Shown here piece after piece: positions 1 through 8,149 of a stretch of DNA of 10,624 nt. The DNA is from Selaginella moellendorffii (lineage: Eukaryota; Plantae; Lycopodiophyta): contig NW_003314470.1 of NCBI RefSeq assembly GCF_000143415.4, positions 35,744-46,367 on the forward strand. The letters are read 5' to 3'. The position numbers were made by a program, and so were the translations under genes. A model generated the notes under the pieces. It did no database searches. It saw only the letters and a program-made list of their open reading frames with translations, and was not told where the DNA came from. The stretch's first letter is position 1, and every line of letters begins with the position of its first letter.

Positions 1-441
1 AGGTTAATTCTTTCAGGCTTCTTTTCAGACGGCAGTGTCAGCGTATCCTAATCTTAAGGGTTAGTCAAAACACATCTTACCCAGAAGGCGCGCCGAAGGT
101 AAGCTAATTAGCATGGGTTAGCTAGGTCGACCAGGCGTAGGGAGCTACGCCTGACTCCCTGCGGGGATGTCGAATCCGTAGACGTATTCTACGGAGGTTG
201 GGTTCAAGTCCCAACCCCCTAGTAAAGCAAGGCTGGGTTCAAGTCCCGACCCTATACTAGGGCGTGGTGAGGTGAGGAGTATAGGGACACCTATATTCCG
301 TTGTCATGGGCTCTTGGCTGGGGAGGCTAACTTAGGCACACCGCTAAGTGGGGGGATGCCCCCGGAGACATGGTCAACAAGTCGTAGGATAAAATGAGAC
401 GTTCGATGTGGGCATCGAACTTCTTCTATGGGTGGTGGAGT
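1..441 (+). mobile_element. 3' part of the internal (non-coding) domain of a family-A LTR retroelement
   Basis: Directly abuts TGTAAG at 442 through a purine-rich tract. No ORF of 60 aa or more, many short inverted repeats, and no TSD around LTR 442-1589 (GGAGT vs CAGTG), so that LTR is not a solo LTR. Confidence 0.65.
428..441 (+). promoter_or_regulatory. Polypurine tract (PPT) preceding the 3' LTR
   Basis: ATGGGTGGTGGAGT lies immediately 5' of TGTAAG, the canonical PPT position. It sets the orientation of family A as + here. Confidence 0.7.
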
Positions 442-524
442 TGTAAGGAACCAACTCGCCGAGGTGTCGTAGGCTAAAGGAACCCTGAAAGCATGACCAA
501 AATGACAAAGAGTTCATCGGATGG

Positions 525-806
525 GACCAAGTCGAAGATCGAGTCCAAGACCGACTCTAGGACCGAGTTCGAGATCGAGTCCGGAATCGAGTCCGAGACT
601 GACTCGGGGACCGAGTTCGAGTCCGAGTTCGAGACTGAGTTCGAGACGGAGTCCGAGATCCGAAATCGGGTCCGAGACCGAGTCCGAGGTCGAGTCCGAG
701 GTCGGGTCCGAGATCGGGTCCGAGATCGAGTCCGAGATCGAGTTCGAAACCGAATCCGAAGTCGGATCCGAAATCGGGTCTGAGATCGAGCTAGAGACTA
801 AGTCCA
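525..806 (+). repeat. Degenerate hexamer tandem array (CGAGTC/CGAGAT/CGAGAC/CGAGTT) in the LTR-A U3 region
   Basis: Visible 6-bp periodicity, e.g. gagtccgagaccgagtccgaggtcgagtccgag. Confidence 0.9.
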
Positions 807-824
807 AATACTAATACGGGTCAA

Positions 825-894
825 GGGGTGAAAGCCTAAAGCGTGCGTCTCCCAGGGGGGGGGGGCTGCAGGGGGTTCCAAAAGTATAGTAGGG
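825..894 (+). promoter_or_regulatory. Conserved LTR core, putative Pol II promoter block (GGGTGAAAGCCY ... TCCAAAAGTATAGTAGGG)
   Basis: The 18-mer TCCAAAAGTATAGTAGGG is identical in all four A/B LTRs (877-894; reverse complement at 5638-5655, 7288-7305, 10075-10092). It contains a TATA-like TATAGTA and lies just downstream of the hexamer array. Confidence 0.5.
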
Positions 895-1589
895 ATAGTG
901 AGGTCCAGGAACCAGTTTAGAAGGGACTCTCCAGTGGGGCTCCCAAACTGACTTGAGGTTGGGACTGGGACCGAGGGGCCTTGGGTGGGAGTGAGCATGG
1001 ACTTGGTTGGTGCCGGAGGGGCCATCCAAGGAAGTGCTCAAGAGCAGCTCCCACTCCCGAAAGGGAAACCGATTGCGGTGCTCCCGGCTCATGTGGAGTG
1101 GTGCCCCACTTGAGTACCATGTGGCTCATTGGTCCTCGCCCTTCCTAGGGGCTTGGGCCTTCCTTCAGGATGGAAGTGGGGGGCGAGAGGTACCCATACC
1201 GGGCCGCTAGGCCACGGTGTTTCGCCCCGGCGTCCCGAAGCAAGTGCTGCACTCAAGACTTGGGATTTAGAGGGTCCCATGATCAAGTTTTGTGGTACCA
1301 AAGGATGTTAGGAACCTGGAAGCTTGGTGTGCTTGGCTGCTTGTGCTTGCAGGGAGTGTAGCCGAACCTTAAGTCCAGTCTAACCCGGGGAGGGGGATTG
1401 GGAGTGATTTGGGAATCCGTGGATGGATAGCTAACACTCCGTTGCTTGTGCAGTGAGTAGCTGAGACCAAGTAGGAGCTGGTACCATAGGCGAGAACCTT
1501 GGCAAGGGAACTTAGCAAAAGCCAAGGCGGTGTTGGACGGATAGACGAGGTAAGCTGGCAAATTGGAAAGGAAAAATTTGTGGCTTACA

Positions 1590-3460
1590 CAGTGAATATA
1601 CCTTAGATTAGAACACAAAAGTATTCCAAGTAAGTTATCATCCGATAAACTAGTAGTAGAGTATAAGAACCACCAGGTAAACATAGGATTCACCATAAAA
1701 AAAAATTCAATAGCAAGTATATCATCAAGTAAACTCAATGATAAAGTTTAACTATTAAAGATTGCAGACAAAATGCCAAACAACTTACGAAAGATAACTC
1801 AAAGAACACAAAGTATCATTGACTGGCAAGCAAAATGCTCGCGAATGTATCACCTAAAGGAAATAACATCCCAATCTATCAGAACTAACTCGAGCAACAA
1901 TCAACAAAACAGAATGAATGTGGCAAGACCAACAAACACTCATTTATGCCAACTATCACGCTAGCTAATCCGAATAGATCCCAGCCAACAACACCAAGGA
2001 ACTCAAGTTGCCTAAGTAAGTGTCAGCAACATCCTATCGATGTCTCAAACCCAAGAGACCAATCCAGAGCAAACCACAAAGAACATGTGGTATTGCGAAA
2101 AGCCAAAAGCTATCAAAGAGAATAACTAACTATCACAAAAGATCATCAATCATCCCATCAATAAAGAGATGCATAATCATCGTCTAAGAAAGAATCCACT
2201 ACCCCAAAGAATAGCGAATCATTCTATATCAACAATAATCAAGCAAAACTTTTTGATAAGGATAATCAACTATTCTAGATGATAGTCAATCATCACCAAT
2301 GATTGCCAAATGCAAATACTAACTTCAATAGCGAAGCTAATGAGCTAAAATGCCTTCCCCAACAACTTCTAACAAATGGACCACAAGCATGAAAGCTCAA
2401 GGAACCAAAAGCTCAAAGAAGTCTATAACCAAGTCTTGCCTAATAATGATCACAAGTCTCGCATGAACTAACTTCAATGCTAAAAAGGAAATTATGGTAC
2501 AACTCACAATATCCTCTTCAACACGTCCATAAGCTAAACTTCATAATGCCAAGCTAATGAAGAACATGTCTGCATCAATCCAAAAGCTAAACATAACAAA
2601 GCTATGCTTGACAAGTGATCACCAAACGATCCTCCATGAATCCATCTATAGCTAGACGTAACTCACTTCATAACAAGCACAAGAAAAATCATCAATGATC
2701 GATATATTTCAACTAAAATCCTATAAGGATTCAAACTTTCTAATATCGATCACTAACTCTTCCGCTTGTAGAGTTAGCACAGTCCACGACTAAATCACTT
2801 TTCAAGGAAAAGCCAAAGCTCAACCTCTACTAAATAATCTCGTCTAGAACATAACTAACTCAAACTTGCCACTCAGTTCATTTGAACGTCAACATAGTTG
2901 CTAACTAGCAAATGCGCAAATGCCAATAACATAAAGCCATAGCCAAATCATCAACACCATTTTCATCGAGACTAATGAAACTCAATATCAATCTTATAGA
3001 GAGATATCTCATTTCACTTGAATCTCAACATCAATATTGTCAACGACAAGGCATCACTTCAATGTCATCAACACCATAACAAAGCTAAAAGAAAGCACAA
3101 GTGAATCACCACTCAAAACTTCCTAGCAACCAAGCTAACCAAAGTCGAAGATACTTAGTTAGTATCCGAGACCAATCCTTCAGCAATACTCAATTACAGA
3201 TAACACATTATCAAGGAGTGATTCACCATGTCCAGACTCAATGAAATCCAACACCACGAACTAAACGCAACTAAATGATATCAACAGAGGTAGAGTCGAT
3301 ATGCCAACATGGAAAACCCATGTAAGTCAAATGACACGATCCTCCGCAACACCATCCGGTAAAGTAAACCCATCACTACTAAATCTTCATCAAGCAAAGC
3401 AAGTGTCTAACAGTCCTCGATGAAGTCTACAAGCAACCATCAGTCGCATATTATTTCAAG
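1590..3460 (+). repeat. Degenerate AT-rich dispersed repeat C, copy 1 (probably an ancient TE interior; unidentified)
   Basis: Strongly A/C-skewed. About 1820-3356 aligns by eye to the reverse complement of 4450-4712 + 6281-6575 + 8155-9100. Frames are interrupted by stops and no domain was recognised. Confidence 0.7.
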
Positions 3461-3464
3461 TGAT

Positions 3465-4712
3465 GAGGAGTTTTCCTTAGATCTTGATTTTCCATGTTAT
3501 TTTTTTGTTAGTGTTTTGGCTTCATAATGGATTTTGAAGGTGATTGAAGAAAAGTGTTAGTGCAATATGGATATCCAAAGATGTGGTCTTTGTGATTAAG
3601 CCTTCAATGTTCATTTTGCATTTTACAGATGTAAAAAATATGGGCATGATATTCGATGCTTAGACATATTCTTGAGCCGTGAGAATTTATGTTGAGGTGA
3701 ACCTATGTGAAGTTCTTAGTAAGAGGAAGTTCATTGAGTTTTGAAAATTTATATTTCTATATTGAGAGTCATTCTTTTTCTAAGATGAAAAATTTTCCAC
3801 AAATTTCTTAAACATTTCCAATGGCTGATTTATTGATTATTTTGCTCAAAAACCATTCCATTCTTGTAAGCCAATACGATTGGCAATTGAGTTGGATAAA
3901 GTCTGAAGTTAGTGTAGAAAAGTGGCCGTTGCTCTTTTCTAGGAAAGGTGACCCTTGTGTCTTTCTTCTATAGTATTATGCTTGGTGGCAAGTTGCATCT
4001 TGCATCTTGTTAAACTCCAAAAAATTAGTGAGCTCTCACTAATCTTGATTTGATCTTGGTTTGCGCCTTGGTTGAGGATAGTGATGTCCAATTTAGTTGT
4101 TTGAAGTTGAGATGTTAGTACCCATACTATAACTTTGTCTATGAGGGGGTTGTTTACCAATATGAGTCCATCTCATGGTCTTTATTTTAGTTTTGACTAA
4201 ATGTTGATCATGCATAGCTAGCCTCTTCAAGGCATGCTTAGAGCTGTTGGCTAAATGTGTTGGTGAGCTTATTGCGATTCGATTGGATTCAAGTGGTCAT
4301 TAATTCATGTTTGTTCGTGAACTTTTATCTCATACCTGAGGTATTATGTTCATGTTGGACAAGTATACAACTTGATAGCATGGGTTTAGTGTTTGGGTCT
4401 TATGAAAGGCAAATTAAAAGAATGATTGTTGGTTATTTTGTGACTAGTAATGGTGTTATAGAGGATTGTATTGTGGCTTGTATGGTTTTCCCATATTAAT
4501 ATGTCGATTCCTTTGTTGATATCATTTGGTTGTGTTTAGTCTGTAGTGTTGGATTTTTATTGAGTATTGGATATGGTGAATCACTCCTTGATGATATGTT
4601 AACTATAGCTGAGTATCTAAAGGATTGATCTCAGATACTAACTAAGGTATCTTTGACTTTGGCTAGCTTTAAGTGGTGATTCACTCTTGCTTTCTTCTAG
4701 ATTTGTCTTGGT
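3465..4712 (-). repeat. Repeat C copy 2, segment 1 (4450-4712 homologous to copy 1; 3465-4449 assigned on strand skew only)
   Basis: For example, 4510 ctttgttgatatcatttggttgtgtttagt matches the reverse complement of about 3260-3290. T/G-rich skew begins at about 3465. Confidence 0.6.
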
Positions 4713-6275
4713 TGTAAGAGACTAAATTTTCCATTCTACTTTAGTCACTTAACCACACCTCCGACCACTTGGAGGAGTCTCACTCACAACCTCCATAAGT
4801 CTTATTCCGAACTTGGGCTTGCTAGCCCCAAGAATGGCATCCATGCCACTCAACCATTGCACTTGGTCCAAGTGCTCCACGTGTCTAATCCCATGACCTA
4901 CACCCCAAGGTATCATCGACATATCAGCCCGTTACGCTAAGGTCATGCCCATTCATCTTGGTCATACCAGTGGTCTGACACCACCTACATCACAGTCCTG
5001 TCTTTCAAAGACTTGGCCATCCGCCCATGAGTGATCATCCCAAATCCATTCCTTAGCATCCTTAGGATGCCCATAGACATGGGGAATAGCCTTCCCTAAT
5101 ATCCCTTTTCTGGTCCCCACCAAGTCCCTTTCTACCTATGGCCGTGTTCGCCAACATTGCCACTAGATCGGGGCCCACAAGCCCGACCACTAAGTCCCAC
5201 GGTCCTCTAGGCTTTCCTCACCACCCGACTGTATCCTTGGTCACTACACCATAGGACTATTCCTCTTCTTTTCCACAATTTGGGCCTTTGGGACAATATT
5301 TTGGGACACCGTGGCCCTACATGAGCTTCATGGGTACTCTCCCCACCTTCCACCTTTGGGTGCTCTAGCCATGGGCTTAGAGCGAGGTTCTGTTGAGCCA
5401 TGCCAGGTATCCAAGTAGGTAGTGCCACCCACACTTGGACTGAGAGCATCGACCATTCGATCTCCCAGAGGAACTAGAGCTGGCCCTTCAACACTTCACC
5501 AAGCTACCCCGCTTGTCAGTCTGTATTCACTCTAACTTTGGACTTCCCAGTGGTTATCCCATCACCCGACACCTGGGTACAACCTTCCTGGGACAAACTG
5601 GCCTTTCTTGGCCAAACTAGCTCCATTGGAGTCCTCTCCCTACTATACTTTTGGAGCTTACCAAACCCCCCAGGGTCTGGGAGACGAATGCTTTGGGCTT
5701 TCACCCCCTCAGACTCGAACTCAAACTCGAACTCGGACTCAGACTCGGGCTTGGGCTCGGTCTCGGCCTCGGCATCGGTCTCGGTCTCGGTCCCAGTTTG
5801 GGTCTTGGGCTCGGTCTCGGTCCCGGTCCTGGTCTCAATCTCGACTTCAGACTCCATCTCGGGTCCTTCTCAGACTCCATCTTGGACTCCATCTCAGACT
5901 CCATCTCAAGTCCATCTCGAACTCCATCTTGGGTCCATCTCGGATTCCATCTCGGGTCCATCTTGGACTCCATCTTGGTCCATCTTAGACTCCATCTTGG
6001 ACTCCATCTTCAGTCCATCTCGGTCCATCTCGGTCTCCATCTCGGACTCCACCTCGGACTCCATCTCAGACTCCTCTTGTGTCTCTTTTCTAGGGACTCA
6101 CTTATTGCTTGCTTTGTGCTTGTTCCTCGAGCACTTTGTTGGGAGTTCTACTCTCAACCTTTCAAGTCGGAGCTTTTAGTCCAAACGTGTTACGTTCATT
6201 TGGCTTTCGCTTCGGCCACTACCACGTGGCACCCTTTCGGCTCCACTTTGGGGCCTAGGGATTTCGTGTCTCACA
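4713..6275 (-). mobile_element. Solo LTR, family B (1563 bp) with 5-bp TSD TTGGT
   Basis: Termini TGTAAGA...TCTCACA. TTGGT at 4708-4712 and 6276-6280. Uninterrupted site in the paralogous repeat (ACCAT 3073-3077). Colinear with 9150-10624. Strand inferred from homology to family A. Confidence 0.92.
5709..6073 (+). repeat. Hexamer/dodecamer tandem array (ACTCGG, TCTCGG, then GGACTCCATCTC) in LTR-B
   Basis: Visible 6- and 12-bp periodicity with C-to-T decayed units. Confidence 0.9.
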
Positions 6276-6575
6276 TTGGTGTTGATGGCAATGAAGCAAT
6301 ACGTTAATGTTGACATTGTTGATGTTGAGATTTGAATGAAATAAGATGTTTCTCCATAGGATTGATATTGAGTTTCATTAGTCTTGATGAAGATAATATT
6401 GATGATTTGGCTATAGGTTTGTGTTATTGACATTCAGGCATTTTCTACTTAGTATTTATGTTAGCGTTCAAATGAGCTGAGTGGCAAGTTTGAGTTAGTT
6501 GTATTCTAGATAAGACTATTTAGTAGGGGTTGAACTTTGGTTTTTTTCTGAAAAGTAATTTAGGTGTAAACTATA
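6276..6575 (-). repeat. Repeat C copy 2, segment 2
   Basis: Reverse-complement match to about 2778-3077, e.g. gattgatattgagtttcattagtc vs gactaatgaaactcaatatcaatc. Confidence 0.85.
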
Positions 6576-7713
6576 TGTAAGCCACAAATTTTTCCTTTTC
6601 AATTTGCCAGCTTACCTCATCTATCCAACCAACACTGCCTTGGCTTTAGCTAAGTTCCCTTGCCAAGGTTACTACCTATTGTACCAGCTTTTACTTGGTC
6701 CTACTTGGTTTTAGCTACTCACTGCACGAGTACAGAGCGTTAACCATCCATCCATGGATTCCCAAATCTGTCCCAATCCCCCTCCCCGAGTTAGACTAAA
6801 CTTAAAGTTCGGCTACACTCCCTGCAGGCACAAATAGCCAAGCACACCAAGTCTCCAGGTTCTTAACATCCCTTAGTACAACAAAACTTGATCATGGGAC
6901 CCTCTAAATCCTAAGCCTTGGGTGCAATACTTGCTTCAGATGCCGGGGGGAAACACCGTGGCCTAACATCCTGATATGGGTACCTCTACCCCCCCCCCGC
7001 CCAACTTCCATCCCAAAGGGAAGGCCCAAGCCCCTAAGAAGGGCGAGGACCAATGAGCCGCAAAGTACTCAAGTGGGGCACCACTCCACATGAGCCAAGA
7101 GCACCGCAGTCAGTTTCCCTTCTGGGAGTGGGAGCTGCTCTTGAGCACTTCTTTGGGTGACTCCTCTGGCACCCTCCGAGTCTATGCTCACTCCCACCCA
7201 AGGCCCCTCAGCCCCAGTCTCAACCTTAAGTCAGTTTAGAAGCACCACTGGAGAGTTCATTCAAGACTGGTTCCTAGACCTCACTATCCCTACTATACTT
7301 TTGGAACCCCTTGCAGGCCCCCCCCCCCCCGGGAGAAACATGCTTTGGGCTTTCACCCCTCAACCTGTATTAGTACTCAGACTTGGTTTCAAACTTGATC
7401 TTGGACTTGATCTCGGACCCGACCTTAGACTTGGTCTCGGACTAGATCTCGAACTCGATCTCGAACATGATCTCGGACTCGACCTTGGACTCGACCTCGG
7501 ACTCGGTCTCGGACCCGATCTCGGATCTTGGACTCTGTCTCAAACTCGGTCTCAAAGTCAGCCTCGGACTCAATCCCGGACTCTATCTCGAACTCAGTCT
7601 CAGAGTCGGTCTTGGACTCAATCTCAGACTCGGTCCTATCCGATGAACTCTTTATCTTTTTGGTTGTGCTTTCGGGGATCCTTTAGCCTACAACACCTTG
7701 GGGAGTTGGTTCC
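6576..7713 (-). mobile_element. LTR family A, second copy, lacking its first 5 nt (TGTAA)
   Basis: Reverse complement of 447-1589 throughout. Begins TGTAAGCCAC at 6576 and ends ...GAGTTGGTTCC at 7713 without the expected TTACA. Confidence 0.9.
7375..7636 (+). repeat. Hexamer tandem array (GACTCG/ATCTCG variants) in LTR-A copy 2
   Basis: Reverse-complement counterpart of 525-806. Confidence 0.88.
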
Positions 7714-7863
7714 ACCATGCGCAATGGAAGCGTGGTGGATTGTAACCAACTAAAGAGAATGACTCGAAAGGCGCTCTATAAGGGTTCAAATATAGAGGGA
7801 AAGGGCCCATAAACAAGAGTGCACCCTCTTTTCTAATTGGTTAAGGGTCTTGGGATATTTGGG

Positions 7864-7918
7864 GTTAAGCGTCCTTGGGTTTGAATAGTACTGGGTTGGG
7901 TAACCTCCCAGGAAGTCC
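7864..7918 (+). ncRNA. 5S rRNA-derived segment (Pol III A box / IE / C box) within the Cassandra LTR; not a full 5S gene
   Basis: GTTAAGCGTCCTTGGGTTTGAATAGTACTGGGTTGGGTAACCTCCCAGGAAGTCC matches the plant 5S rRNA sequence, as recalled from memory, at 45/55 ungapped. The 5' ~50 nt and the 3' end of 5S are absent. Confidence 0.9.
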
Positions 7919-7937
7919 AAACTCATGAACTTACACT

Positions 7938-7949
7938 TGGTATCAAAGA
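7938..7949 (+). promoter_or_regulatory. Primer binding site, initiator tRNA-Met type
   Basis: TGGTATCAAAGA lies 2 nt after the LTR end. The canonical plant iMet PBS is TGGTATCAGAGC. Confidence 0.85.
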
Positions 7950-8149
7950 GGTCTCAAGTCCAACTCTGTTGATTGACATCTGGCAAGGGTTCAATATGCT
8001 CTAGTTGGGCTGGTAGGGTGTCAAGAGACCAAGGCTCTTGGAAGAGCCACGGCTCTTAACTTCCATTCACAAGGGCGTGAATTTGCAAGGAAGCATGGTG
8101 CATGGTGGGTTGGGTGACATTTTAGGAAGTCCAAATTGAGGAGCTTACA

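Larger units (their letters stand above)
442..1589 (+). mobile_element. Complete LTR, family A (1148 bp; probable 3' LTR)
   Basis: Termini TGTAAG...CTTACA form a perfect 6-bp inverted repeat (TG..CA). Reverse-complement homology to 6576-7713 stops exactly at 1589/6576. Confidence 0.88.
7721..8149 (+). mobile_element. Cassandra-type TRIM fragment in tandem arrangement: PPT - LTR - internal domain - internally deleted LTR
   Basis: LTR 7741-7935 (TGTAAC...CTTACA, 195 bp) contains a 5S-derived core. PBS at 7938. Internal domain of about 168 bp whose end GCAAGGAAGCATGGTGCAT (8085-8103) repeats 7721-7740. Second LTR remnant 8104-8149 matches 7892-7935 at 35/44. Confidence 0.9.

Noticed and set aside
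112-256. Intact tRNA gene
   Set aside because: The T-arm is present, but the acceptor stem pairs only 4-5 of 7 and there is no proper anticodon arm at the correct spacing.
1-441. Hammerhead ribozyme (retrozyme) or group II intron domain V
   Set aside because: By eye, no CUGANGA...GAAA core in the correct stem context and no domain-V motif were found.
493-814. Overlapping ORFs with ES/RD/SD repeats resembling SR-rich proteins
   Set aside because: By-product of a stop-free hexamer array inside an LTR; open in several frames on both strands.
4024-4043. 9-bp inverted repeat ATTAGTGAG-CT-CTCACTAAT
   Set aside because: An isolated short palindrome in AT-rich decayed DNA with no supporting context.
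5516-6307. ORFs up to 218 aa (LG/DS/RS repeats)
   Set aside because: They lie in the tandem array of a solo LTR, one runs across the LTR boundary, and no domain is recognisable.
442-7713. Single giant TIR DNA transposon or DIRS-like element bounded by the inverted A copies
   Set aside because: Each copy has its own LTR termini, the second sits within its own TSD-flanked unit inside repeat C, and no transposase or recombinase is evident.
7157-7753. 198-aa ORF similar to 798..1025(-)
   Set aside because: The similarity only reflects two copies of the same LTR; the ORF is antisense to the inferred LTR orientation and low in complexity.
7864-7918. Functional 5S rRNA gene
   Set aside because: Only the internal ~55 nt is present, embedded in a TG..CA LTR with a PBS, which is diagnostic of Cassandra.
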